Assembly: GCA_027251445.1 (NCBI GenBank)
Contig: JAPNQO010000084.1
Span: 1-40,000 of the forward strand
Direction of reading: 5' to 3'
Source: Fidelibacterota bacterium
GTDB lineage: Bacteria > Fidelibacterota > Marinisomatia > Marinisomatales > TCS55
Length of the DNA stretch: 40,000 nt
Shown: piece after piece, positions 1-8,779 of the stretch
Layout: the number at the start of each line of letters is the position of its first letter
Position numbering within the stretch: the first letter of the stretch is position 1
Made by a program: the position numbers and the translations under genes
Notes under the pieces: generated by a model
The model's database searches: none
What the model was told of the DNA's origin: nothing
What the model saw: the letters and a program-made list of their open reading frames with translations, nothing else

Positions 1-396
1 ATCTTGAACTATTCCTTCTAAACCCTTTAATGGACCACCAGCAACTATTACTTGATCTCCTTTGAAAAAGAAATCCGCTTGCTCGATCTTGAAACCACCA
101 TGTAAAATGTTTTTTATATTTTCAATAGTCTCATCATGAATAATAGAAATTTTTCCTTGAAATTTTACAATTTTATTTACTCCGATTGTTTGTAAAACAT
201 AAATATTTTCTTTTAATTCAATATTAGCAAATACATAACTACGAAAAAGGGGGAAATGAACCCATTTCTTTCTATCACTCCATTGTCTTCTTTCTTTAAA
301 CATTGGACAATAAGCTTCGATGTTTTTTTTATTCAGTTCATTAACTACTATTTGCTCATGTCGAGACTTTGTATAAACTGCTACCCATTTTGTCAT
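1..396 (-). CDS. UpxY/RfaH-like NusG-family transcription antiterminator (partial; C-terminus lies beyond the left window edge)
   Basis: Absent from the ORF track because it has no stop in the window. My minus-strand translation from ATG 396..394 stays open to position 1 (132 codons): MTKWVAVYTKSRHEQIVVNELNKKNIEAYCPMFKERRQWSDRKKWVHFPLFRSYVFANIELKENIYVLQTIGVNKIVKFQGKISIIHDETIENIKNILHGGFKIEQADFFFKGDQVIVAGGPLKGLEGIVQD. The NGN-domain pattern (W.AVYT.SRHE, RQWSDRKK, PLF.SYVF) is typical of UpxY-type NusG paralogs. It is followed by the start of a KOW motif (GD.V.V..GP..G..G.V). ATGA overlap with the ddl stop. Confidence 0.8.
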   Translation of the reverse strand, partial: MTKWVAVYTKSRHEQIVVNELNKKNIEAYCPMFKERRQWSDRKKWVHFPLFRSYVFANIELKENIYVLQTIGVNKIVKFQGKISIIHDETIENIKNILHGGFKIEQADFFFKGDQVIVAGGPLKGLEGIVQD

Positions 397-1298
397 GAAT
401 TATTCCAAGCGTGTATAACTATTTTATCAATTAATTCATTAAATGAAATTCCTGCTGCTAAAGCTGATATTGGAGCTAGGCTGGTATCTGTCATTCCAGG
501 CAGTGTATTCATTTCTAAAAACCAAAATTTGTTTTGATCATCCATACGAAAATCAGCTCTTGAATAATTTTCACATTTTAACAAATCAAATAAATTTTCT
601 GATATTTTTTTAACATAATTACTAATGTTATCATCTATTTCAGCTGGACATATATATTTACTCATACCAGCCGTATACTTGCATTCATAATCATAAAATT
701 CATGTGAAGGTATGATCTCACATACTGGTTGCGCTTTACCATCGATGAGCATTACGGTTAATTCTCTACCTTGGATATACTCTTCAACTAAAACGCTATT
801 ATCATAATTAAATGCATACTCTAAGGCAGGTTTTAATTCGCTCTCATTATGTGCTATTCGTAGACCCACAGTGCTACCTTGGCCATTAGGCTTCACAATA
901 ACAGGGTAATTCATTTTAGCATCATCAATAACCGTATCGCATAACTTCCATTTTGGAGTCATAATGCCATTATTTTTAGCGATAATTTTACTAATATTTT
1001 TATCCATACATATAGCGGATGACAATGGACCTGATCCAGTATAAATTATACCTAAAGCATCAAGAAATCCTTGTATAGTTCCATTTTCTCCAATATTGCC
1101 ATGCAAACCTAAAAAAACCAAGTCTACGCTTAATAATTCTTTAACTAACTTTTCTAATTTTGTATCTAAAATGATACTTGTAACATCATAGCCGTTATGA
1201 TTTAATGCTTTTATTATTGCCTGCCCTGATTTCAGAGATACATCTTTTTCCTCTCCTGGCCCACCCATCAATACTGCAATTTTTTTAGGTTTATTCAT
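393..1298 (-). CDS. ddl: D-alanine--D-alanine ligase
   Basis: 301 aa. N-terminus KIAVLMGGPGEEKDVSLKSG, LHGNIGENGTIQGFLDALGIIYTGSG and C-terminal FLEMNTLPGMT are classic Ddl ATP-grasp motifs. ATG start. Confidence 0.9.
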   Translation of the reverse strand: MNKPKKIAVLMGGPGEEKDVSLKSGQAIIKALNHNGYDVTSIILDTKLEKLVKELLSVDLVFLGLHGNIGENGTIQGFLDALGIIYTGSGPLSSAICMDKNISKIIAKNNGIMTPKWKLCDTVIDDAKMNYPVIVKPNGQGSTVGLRIAHNESELKPALEYAFNYDNSVLVEEYIQGRELTVMLIDGKAQPVCEIIPSHEFYDYECKYTAGMSKYICPAEIDDNISNYVKKISENLFDLLKCENYSRADFRMDDQNKFWFLEMNTLPGMTDTSLAPISALAAGISFNELIDKIVIHAWNNS

Positions 1299-1833
1299 TC
1301 AAGATCCAATCAGCTGCTTTTTTCAAATTATCTACTATTATAGTAGGATTAATATCCGGATTATCTGTTATTGTTTTTTCACCTCTACCAGTTAATACAA
1401 GTATAGTATCCATACCAAGATCTTTACCTACTTGAATATCATCTTTTGAATCACCAATCATTACTGAATTTTTTAATTCAATTTTATGATCTTTTGATGC
1501 TTCAAGAAACATACCAGGCCCAGGCTTCCTCCTATGAGTAGAATTATCAGGATGATCAATACAAAAATACACACCGAGCAAAGGAACTGAATTTTCCATA
1601 AATTTATTTTTAATGTAGTTGTGTATATTATTAAGGTCCTTAAGATTAATTAACCCTCTAGATACTCCAGATTGATTCGTAATAATGCAAAATCTATTCT
1701 TATTATTAGCTAAGCTTATTAGAGCATCAAAAGTAAAATCATAGAATTTAAATTGTTCTAATGAAGATATATAACCAGGGTCAGGGTTTATAGTTCCATC
1801 TCTATCAAGAAAAATTGTATTATATTTTTTCAA
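1291..1833 (-). CDS. gmhB: HAD-IIIA phosphatase, most likely D-glycero-D-manno-heptose 1,7-bisphosphate phosphatase
   Basis: 180 aa. HAD motifs FLDRDGTIN, ITNQSGVSRG, RKPGPGM and MIGDSKDDIQVG, plus FCIDHPD. TTG start at 1833..1831 forms a TTGA overlap with the upstream gene stop. The substrate call rests on family resemblance plus the presence of waaA and a GT9 heptosyltransferase in the window. Confidence 0.7.
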   Translation of the reverse strand: MKKYNTIFLDRDGTINPDPGYISSLEQFKFYDFTFDALISLANNKNRFCIITNQSGVSRGLINLKDLNNIHNYIKNKFMENSVPLLGVYFCIDHPDNSTHRRKPGPGMFLEASKDHKIELKNSVMIGDSKDDIQVGKDLGMDTILVLTGRGEKTITDNPDINPTIIVDNLKKAADWILNE

Positions 1834-2840
1834 TTATTAATTATTTTTTTTTGATTTATATCTTTAATGCTAACTGAGCTATTTATAAAATACCATGCAC
1901 CAATAATTATAAAAGGTATTGTCCCAACAGCATGAATTAATATTGCTGAAGCTTGAGCATCTAACTGGTTAATTGCAAAAAAGCTTGTTAGTACATAAAC
2001 TACTGCAGCATGATACGTACCAACATATGCAGGAGCAGCTGGAATTGAAATAGCAAATGTGGTGGAAATTAACAATATACATACTTGATACCACTTAAGC
2101 GTTATTCCAGTTGACATAAGAGCATAATATGTTGATAAGCAATACATTGCCCAAATAACAATGGTGTAAAACAGAATTAACATAACTTTATTTGTTGATC
2201 TAATTGCTATAGCCCCACTAATTATTTTAGAAAAAAACGTAATAATTTTTAGTGCAGGATTTTTATTTAAATATTTCATTTTATCCATTTGAAATGGAAA
2301 TAATTTTTTTATTTCATTGAAATAGAATAAAAATGCAAAAGCACCTATAGATAGCGCTACGACTCCAATAATAATTTTATGATCTATCCATTCTGCTGGA
2401 TATGCAATAATTGCAAGGAGTATTAATAATGATAAACCAACAAAATCAAGAATCCTTTCAATCACTATTGTTCCAAATGCTGTTGGCGCGTTTAATGAGG
2501 TTTTTTCTGCCAAAATATATGCTCGCAAGAATTCACCCATCCTAAACGGAAGGACTGAGTTTCCAAAATAACCTATCATTATTGCTGAAAACCCTGGTTT
2601 AAATGAAATCTCATCTATGGGCTTAGCTAGGATTTGCCATCTTATAGTTCTTACTACATTACTAAATATTATTATGAATAACGCAAGGAACCCATAAAAT
2701 AAATCAACCTGCTTTATGATTGTCCATAATTGAGTAAAATCTATTCCTATAAAAGCATAGTATAATCCTACTGCGCTAATACAAATTCCAATAATTAATT
2801 TTACATACCTATTCACGTAGATCAATAATCTCTTCAGCAT
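1830..2840 (-). CDS. Polytopic membrane protein, flippase-like / lysylphosphatidylglycerol-synthase TM-region (UPF0104-like) family
   Basis: 336 aa with about 8 hydrophobic segments. An RTIRWQIL motif follows the second helix, as in UPF0104-type proteins. The family was assigned from memory, not from a search. Overlaps the upstream ORF by 32 nt if ATG 2840 is used; in-frame TTG 2825 or GVG-type GTG 2816 would shorten the overlap. Confidence 0.5.
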   Translation of the reverse strand: MLKRLLIYVNRYVKLIIGICISAVGLYYAFIGIDFTQLWTIIKQVDLFYGFLALFIIIFSNVVRTIRWQILAKPIDEISFKPGFSAIMIGYFGNSVLPFRMGEFLRAYILAEKTSLNAPTAFGTIVIERILDFVGLSLLILLAIIAYPAEWIDHKIIIGVVALSIGAFAFLFYFNEIKKLFPFQMDKMKYLNKNPALKIITFFSKIISGAIAIRSTNKVMLILFYTIVIWAMYCLSTYYALMSTGITLKWYQVCILLISTTFAISIPAAPAYVGTYHAAVVYVLTSFFAINQLDAQASAILIHAVGTIPFIIIGAWYFINSSVSIKDINQKKIINN

Positions 2841-3408
2841 TAGGATTAAATGATTGGAATAGAGATTCTTTTACAATAGGACTATAATTTGTTATTTCAA
2901 CCTCAATGAATTGATCCGGTCTTTCAGGATTATTACCAAAAGTAAATTTAATAGGTTCAAATAATTTTTGCTTAATCCAAATTTTCCCAGTGATATTAAA
3001 AGCATGCATGTTATAATCTAATTGAATCGATTCCCTGTTAGCTGTTGAATTACTTATAGTAAATCCAGAAAAATCACCTGATAAAAAGTCAAAAATACCG
3101 TAACCACCCTGTATCATTGTATCATATATTATTTTTCCATTATTAATCTTATAAAAGGTTATAATTTGATTATTATCAATTTTAATTGATTGTTGATCTG
3201 TATCTAAAAAAAATTGCCTATTGCCATGAAGCTCTATAATGCCAACCTGACTCCATGATTTATCTCCATCAACTTGTGACCATTTAATATCCATTCTTAC
3301 TCCATTATGATCTACAAGTGAACTAGATAAATAATCAAGATATTTCTGATTTGGGTCAATTTGTACTAGAGCAAACAATAATAAAATTGCCATTGGAAAA
3401 GAATACAT
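2809..3408 (-). CDS. Secreted hypothetical protein, possibly LolA-like lipoprotein carrier
   Basis: 199 aa with a short hydrophobic N-terminus (MYSFPMAILLLFALVQ). About the size of LolA and located immediately downstream of ftsK, which is the classic ftsK-lolA synteny. I recognise no diagnostic motif, so the call rests on context and size. Confidence 0.35.
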   Translation of the reverse strand: MYSFPMAILLLFALVQIDPNQKYLDYLSSSLVDHNGVRMDIKWSQVDGDKSWSQVGIIELHGNRQFFLDTDQQSIKIDNNQIITFYKINNGKIIYDTMIQGGYGIFDFLSGDFSGFTISNSTANRESIQLDYNMHAFNITGKIWIKQKLFEPIKFTFGNNPERPDQFIEVEITNYSPIVKESLFQSFNPNAEEIIDLRE

Positions 3409-3414
3409 AATTAA

Positions 3415-5838
3415 CTAATCATCAATCATCTCTAGATAGGTTTCATCAACCATAACTTCTCTAGCTTTACTTCCAGTAAATGGGCCTACAATACCTAATT
3501 GCTCCATACGATCAATTAACCTTGCTGCTCTTGAATATCCAACTTTCATTCGGCGCTGAATTAACGAAATTGACCCTTGCTGATGAATGACTACTAATTT
3601 TATTGCTTCATTCAATAATTCATCATCGACATCTGTACTATCACCCGAATCAGCATCGATAGTAGATTGCTCTCTAACTGATTCTAAAATCAATTCTTCC
3701 GATTTAGGTTGAGTTTGTATATGATCCATAATTGCTTCAACTTCATTGATTGAAAGAAATGCATTATGCAACCTAACAGGTTCGGAAGAACCAGAACCTA
3801 AATATAACATATCTCCTCTACCAATTAACTTTTCTGCACCCGGCATATCAATAATAGTTCTTGAATCAATCTTACTAGCAACTTGGAATGCTATTCTAGA
3901 TGGAAAATTTGCTTTAATTAGCCCTGTAATAACGTCTACTGACGGTCGTTGAGTAGCAATAACTAAATGAATACCTACTGCTCTTGCTAATTGAGCTAGA
4001 CGAGCTATAGGCTGTTCAACTTCTTTAGCATTTAACATCATTAAATCTGCTAATTCATCTACAACTACAACTATATACGGCATAATTTCTTCATTTGAGG
4101 CAACTTTTTTTGCATTAAACTCTTGAATATTTCTTACCACCGCATCGGCAAGAATATCATATCTTCTGCTCATTTCTTTTTCAACTGCACGTAAAGCTAA
4201 AGTAGCATTGTCAGGCTTTGTTACAATAGATTCTTCAAAATCCTCCATACCCAATAAATGGTAGCCTTTTAAAGATTTATAAAGGGTCATTTCAACTTTT
4301 TTTGGATCAATAATTACAAATTTTAGCTCATCAGGAGTTGAATTATAAAGTAAACTACATATAATAGTATTTAGACATACCGATTTCCCAGAGCCAGTAG
4401 TGCCAGCAATTAATAAATGAGGCATCTTCGCTAAATTCAACGTGGAAATCTCGCCAGAGGTAGTTTTACCAATGGCTAAAGTTAGTTCTCCATCAGATTC
4501 AGCAAATTTTTCTGAATTTATTATTGATCTGAAAAATACTGTATCTGGATTCATATTAGGTATTTCTATTCCTACAGATGACTTGCCAGGAATAGGAGCA
4601 ATAACACGAACACGGCTTGCTTCCATAACTCTGGCTAAATCATCAGATAACTGAACAAATTTATTTACCCTAACTCCCTCAGCAGGTTCAACTTCAAAAA
4701 GAGTTATGACTGGACCAGGACTAACATTAACTACTTTACCAACTACTCCAAAGGTTTCTAAACTTTGTGTTAAAAAGTTTGCTCGATCAACCAATTCATC
4801 TTTTGACATACCTTCTTGTATTTTAATTGGCATTTCTAATAAGTCGCTACTAGGGAGTTGGTATTTTCTCTTTGGCGCCTTTCTTTCTTCTAACTCATCA
4901 ATATTTACTTCTTGCTCCTTTACAACCTCACCAACTTCAATATCCTTCTGTTCATTTTCATCAAAAGACTGTTCTATATTTTCTTGGGTTTCTAATTCAT
5001 TGTTTGATTCTGATGCCTGTTGTGGATCTATAACATCATTTAAACCTTCATTAATGTTTTCAATTTCTTCTTCCTTATACGTATCCTCTCTGTCTACGTT
5101 TTCAACACTTTTATTTTCTTCACTATTTATTTCTTCATTATCAACTTCAATTTCATCATCTGTTCCATCTTGAATTACTTGCGATGATTCATGATATTGT
5201 TCTTCTTTTTGCTTTTCTTCAATCTTTTTTATCAAATCTTTTGTGTGTAATCTTTTTTCCTTTTCTGTCTTTTTCTCTGTAGAAATAATTTTACGATCTT
5301 CATTCTTCTTTTTAATAAGATTAATTAGAAAATTAAATGGGCTGTATAAACTCCAAGAAAAGTATCCTCGGATTATTATTAACCAACTAGTTATTACTAT
5401 TATTATTGAGCCTATAATGCCAAAAAAACTGGATAGAAAGTTTGCCAAATTTCCTCCAATTAGTCCGCTATAACTAAAATCAATTTGACCCTCATTAGAA
5501 ATACTAATTTCTAATATTCCTAGGCTTATAGATATTAATACCATCCCATAGAGCAGATATGCGCTTACCCTGCTTAAAGAAGATCTATCTTTATTACTAA
5601 AAAACCACCACCCCCAAACTATTCCTAAGAAAGGTAAGATATAAGAACTATAACCAAATGAAAACTTTATGAAAAAATAAGCAATAAATACACCTAATAT
5701 TCCCATGGGATTATCTACCTTTACATTTGGTGATATTCCGGGATCCTCGAATGAGCTATAGCCCATCATGCTAATAATCACCAGAGATGATATTGCTATG
5801 CATAATACCCCTAATATTTCAAATTTTCTTTCCTTCAT
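3415..5838 (-). CDS. ftsK: DNA translocase FtsK/SpoIIIE
   Basis: 807 aa. N-terminal TM helices, an acidic low-complexity linker, a motor domain with Walker A GTTGSGKSV and Walker B VVVDELADLM, and a C-terminal gamma winged-helix (SISLIQRRMKVGYSRAARLIDRMEQLGIVGP). Confidence 0.93.
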   Translation of the reverse strand: MKERKFEILGVLCIAISSLVIISMMGYSSFEDPGISPNVKVDNPMGILGVFIAYFFIKFSFGYSSYILPFLGIVWGWWFFSNKDRSSLSRVSAYLLYGMVLISISLGILEISISNEGQIDFSYSGLIGGNLANFLSSFFGIIGSIIIVITSWLIIIRGYFSWSLYSPFNFLINLIKKKNEDRKIISTEKKTEKEKRLHTKDLIKKIEEKQKEEQYHESSQVIQDGTDDEIEVDNEEINSEENKSVENVDREDTYKEEEIENINEGLNDVIDPQQASESNNELETQENIEQSFDENEQKDIEVGEVVKEQEVNIDELEERKAPKRKYQLPSSDLLEMPIKIQEGMSKDELVDRANFLTQSLETFGVVGKVVNVSPGPVITLFEVEPAEGVRVNKFVQLSDDLARVMEASRVRVIAPIPGKSSVGIEIPNMNPDTVFFRSIINSEKFAESDGELTLAIGKTTSGEISTLNLAKMPHLLIAGTTGSGKSVCLNTIICSLLYNSTPDELKFVIIDPKKVEMTLYKSLKGYHLLGMEDFEESIVTKPDNATLALRAVEKEMSRRYDILADAVVRNIQEFNAKKVASNEEIMPYIVVVVDELADLMMLNAKEVEQPIARLAQLARAVGIHLVIATQRPSVDVITGLIKANFPSRIAFQVASKIDSRTIIDMPGAEKLIGRGDMLYLGSGSSEPVRLHNAFLSINEVEAIMDHIQTQPKSEELILESVREQSTIDADSGDSTDVDDELLNEAIKLVVIHQQGSISLIQRRMKVGYSRAARLIDRMEQLGIVGPFTGSKAREVMVDETYLEMIDD

Positions 5839-5848
5839 AATATTTATC

Positions 5849-6940
5849 CTAATAAATAATGTTAACTGTACCTTTTTTATAGAATGGAGGATTAATAATT
5901 ACTCCGGGTTTGAGTGTAGATCTTATTTCAATATAAATTTCAGTTCCAGGAGAAGAATGTTCAATTTGAATATAACCGATACCAATACCTTTATTTAAAG
6001 AAGGTGATTGGGTTCCACTTGTTACTTTACCAACAACATTACCATCAACAATTATATTATAGTTATGCCTCGGTACAGCTCGATCCAACATTTCAAATGA
6101 AATACGGCTTCTATGAATCTTATTTTTTTCGATTAACAAAGCATCTCTTCCAATAAAATCTCCTTTATTAAATTTAGTAATCCAACCTAAGCCAGCTTCG
6201 ATAGGATTCGTAGATTTGCTTATATCCATTCCATAAAGTGCATAATTCATTTCTAATCGTAAAGTATCTCTTGCTCCTAATCCAATTGGCAAAATTTCAA
6301 ATGCTTCATAATTAAAAATAATTTCCCATAAAGAAATAATTGAATTATTATTGCCATATATTTCAAAACCAAGCTCACCTGTATAACCAGTCCTAGATAC
6401 AGTGATAGTATCGTTATTATATTTTTCTTGAATAAAATTATAATATTTTAATTTGCTTAGATCACATTCTAGTATTTCATTTAGCAAAGCTGCTGATTTA
6501 GGCCCCTGTATAGCAATTAAATTTAAATCATCGCTTATATCCTCAATAAAAACTTCATCATTCGAATTTTCCAACAACCAATTAAAATCATCTTTAATAT
6601 TAGCTGCATTCACAACCATCATAAAATATTCATTAAAACGATACAGTATTACATCATCTATTATGCCTCCATTACTTGTACACATAGCAGAATATTGCGC
6701 TTGCCCATTGGAAATTTTTTTTACGTCATTTACAGTTACTAATTGAAGAAAATTCTCCGCTCCTTTTCCATGAATTTTAAATTCTCCCATATGACTTACA
6801 TCAAAAACACCAGCTGTATTTCTAACAGCTTTATGCTCCTCAATAATTCCAGAATAAGACATAGGCATAGAGTACCCTGCAAAGGGAACCATTTTAGCGT
6901 TTAAAGAGATATGATTATCAAAGAGAGCCGTTCGTTTCAA
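5849..6940 (-). CDS. gcvT: Glycine cleavage system aminomethyltransferase (T protein)
   Basis: 363 aa. MKRTALFDNH..NAKMVPFAGYSMPMSY N-terminus, FDVSHMGEF, and RTGYTGELGFEIY. The start codon is TTG (6940..6938), supported by the conserved N-terminus. Confidence 0.92.
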   Translation of the reverse strand: MKRTALFDNHISLNAKMVPFAGYSMPMSYSGIIEEHKAVRNTAGVFDVSHMGEFKIHGKGAENFLQLVTVNDVKKISNGQAQYSAMCTSNGGIIDDVILYRFNEYFMMVVNAANIKDDFNWLLENSNDEVFIEDISDDLNLIAIQGPKSAALLNEILECDLSKLKYYNFIQEKYNNDTITVSRTGYTGELGFEIYGNNNSIISLWEIIFNYEAFEILPIGLGARDTLRLEMNYALYGMDISKSTNPIEAGLGWITKFNKGDFIGRDALLIEKNKIHRSRISFEMLDRAVPRHNYNIIVDGNVVGKVTSGTQSPSLNKGIGIGYIQIEHSSPGTEIYIEIRSTLKPGVIINPPFYKKGTVNIIY

Positions 6941-6959
6941 AATATAGATACCATAACAA

Positions 6960-7556
6960 TCATAGCTTTTTTAATGTCATTTTAATAATATTTTCCAGAT
7001 CTTCTTTAAGTATTTCTTTTGTTGCTATTTCTGAAACAGCTTTATCAATTGAACTTCTTTTATATCCGAGAGATAATAAAACTTTAATTACATCATCAAT
7101 TATATCTTTCTCAGTAGAATCTAATTGAAATCCTAAATCAACCGCTTGTCCACTATCAATAAATTTATCTTTTAATTCTATTATAATTCTTTTGGCAGTT
7201 TTAGCACCGATACCAGGAATTGAAGTCAGTGAACCTATATCACCATTAATTATGTTTTTCTTAAAACTATTTGGACTAGTTCCAGATAGAATATTTAAAG
7301 CAGATTTGGGTCCTATACCATTAATAGATGTTAACTGTTTAAATAAATACCTTTCGTTATCATCAATGAAACCATATAACTCCATAGCATCTTCACGAAC
7401 ATTAAAATATGTTAATAATTCGATGCTCGAATTAATTTCTTCTAATTTTTCATAAGTAGATAATGTAATATTTACACTGAGTCTAACTCCCCCAACATCT
7501 ATTATTGCTGTAGTTGGATCTTTCTTATGTAGTATTCCTTTTAGTGATTCAATCAA
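6960..7556 (-). CDS. ruvA: Holliday junction branch migration complex subunit RuvA
   Basis: 198 aa. MIESLKGIL N-terminus and two helix-hairpin-helix motifs (INGIGPKSALNILS, IPGIGAKTAKRII). TTG start at 7556..7554. Confidence 0.9.
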   Translation of the reverse strand: MIESLKGILHKKDPTTAIIDVGGVRLSVNITLSTYEKLEEINSSIELLTYFNVREDAMELYGFIDDNERYLFKQLTSINGIGPKSALNILSGTSPNSFKKNIINGDIGSLTSIPGIGAKTAKRIIIELKDKFIDSGQAVDLGFQLDSTEKDIIDDVIKVLLSLGYKRSSIDKAVSEIATKEILKEDLENIIKMTLKKL

Positions 7557-7559
7557 TAC

Positions 7560-8036
7560 TTATTCCATTTGATTTTGATTTAAGTAACATAATCCTATTG
7601 CTAGAGCATCTGAAGAATCCAAAGGAGTTGGAAGGCTTTCTAGTTGTAAAATATTCTTAACCATATATTGGACTTGTTCTTTACTGGCATTACCATTTCC
7701 AACCACTGACTTTTTAATTTTTTTAGGAGAAAACTCAATACATGAAATATTTGCAGAATAACTTGCAAGTATAATTGCTCCTCTTGCTTGCCCTAATGAC
7801 ATTGCAGATTTAAAGTTTTTTGAGTAGAAAGTATCTTCTACTGCTAGCATATTTGGTTTATACTTATTAAGTAATAAAGATATTTCATCATAAAGATATC
7901 CCAACCTTTCTGATAGCTGTTTATTCTTTGGTGGCCTGACTGTACCATAACTATGAGCAGTCAAATTATTGTTATTTTTATCAATTATACCGAAACCTGT
8001 CACAACAATTCCTGGATCTACTCCTATAACACGCAT
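7560..8036 (-). CDS. ruvC: Crossover junction endodeoxyribonuclease RuvC
   Basis: 158 aa. MRVIGVDPGIVVTGFGII (catalytic Asp), AVEDTFY, and the C-terminal DSSDALAIGLCY motif. Confidence 0.92.
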   Translation of the reverse strand: MRVIGVDPGIVVTGFGIIDKNNNNLTAHSYGTVRPPKNKQLSERLGYLYDEISLLLNKYKPNMLAVEDTFYSKNFKSAMSLGQARGAIILASYSANISCIEFSPKKIKKSVVGNGNASKEQVQYMVKNILQLESLPTPLDSSDALAIGLCYLNQNQME

Positions 8037-8038
8037 TT

Positions 8039-8764
8039 CTAATCTTCAAAATCTAAGTTAGTATAAACTGATTTAATATCTTCATGATCTTCAATAGCAT
8101 CTAATAGCACCATGGCTTTCTCTGATTGGTTTTTTTCAATTTTATGTAAATTCTTAGGCAACATTTCAACTTTTGCCGAATCTATACTATAACCATTACC
8201 CTCCAGCGCTGTTCTTATACTCATCATTTCAATTGGGTCTGTCTTAACTATAAAACTATCTTCATCTGAATCAAAATCCTCTGCTCCAGCATTAATAGAA
8301 TCCTCAAAAAGATTGTCTTCATTTTGACCTACTTTGGAAATTACAATTTGACCTTTTTTATCAAACATCCAGGATACACTTCCATTTTCTCCAAGGTTGC
8401 CTCCATATTTTGTGATAAGATGTCTAATTTCGGCTACAGTTCTATTTTTATTATCTGTTAATACTTCCATAAAGATCGCCACCCCTCCAGGCCCAAATCC
8501 TTCATATGTACATTCCTCATAGGTTACACCTGGAAGCTCACCAGTTCCCTTCATTATAGCTCTTTTAATGTTATCCTGGGGCATATTTGCATCTCGTGCG
8601 CTACTTACGGCTTGACGCAATCTAGGGTTAGAATCAGCGTCCCCTCCAGCCTCCTTTGCAGCAATAGTAATTTCTTTGATTAAAGTTGTAAATACTTTAC
8701 CACGCTTTGCGTCAACAGCAGCTTTTTTACGTTTTATTGTAGACCATTTACTATGACCAGACAT
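8039..8764 (-). CDS. yebC: YebC/PmpR family DNA-binding transcriptional regulator
   Basis: The track gives 8039..8776 starting at a TTG (MISFMSGHSKW). The conserved family N-terminus is MSGHSKW, which corresponds to ATG 8764..8762, so I place the start there. Classic yebC-ruvC-ruvA order. Confidence 0.9.
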   Translation of the reverse strand: MSGHSKWSTIKRKKAAVDAKRGKVFTTLIKEITIAAKEAGGDADSNPRLRQAVSSARDANMPQDNIKRAIMKGTGELPGVTYEECTYEGFGPGGVAIFMEVLTDNKNRTVAEIRHLITKYGGNLGENGSVSWMFDKKGQIVISKVGQNEDNLFEDSINAGAEDFDSDEDSFIVKTDPIEMMSIRTALEGNGYSIDSAKVEMLPKNLHKIEKNQSEKAMVLLDAIEDHEDIKSVYTNLDFED

Positions 8765-8779
8765 AAACGATATCAATCC

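Noticed and set aside
256-537. 93-aa plus-strand ORF from the track
   Set aside because: It lies entirely antisense to the NusG-paralog and ddl coding sequences, has a low-complexity hydrophobic translation, and resembles no family. It is a shadow ORF.
1844-1852. T9 homopolymer (A9 on the coding strand) as a possible phase-variation tract
   Set aside because: It sits in the last six codons of the membrane-protein gene (NQKKIINN-stop). Such runs are common in a genome of about 30% GC. Slippage would change only the extreme C-terminus.
4900-5230. Highly acidic Glu/Asp/Asn-rich low-complexity stretch inside ftsK
   Set aside because: FtsK proteins characteristically have a variable, compositionally biased linker between the membrane and motor domains, so this is expected rather than a separate feature.
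3746-5998. Several plus-strand ORFs (3746..3952, 4442..4654, 4706..5173, 5243..5473, 5768..5998)
   Set aside because: All are antisense to ftsK. The Ser/Phe/Leu-rich translations are what the reverse complement of a Glu/Lys/Asn-rich gene produces. There are no start or RBS signals and no independent support.
6941-6959. Looked for a glycine riboswitch upstream of gcvT
   Set aside because: Only 19 nt separate gcvT from the ruvA stop, far too short for the riboswitch aptamers. gcvT appears to be read through from upstream genes.
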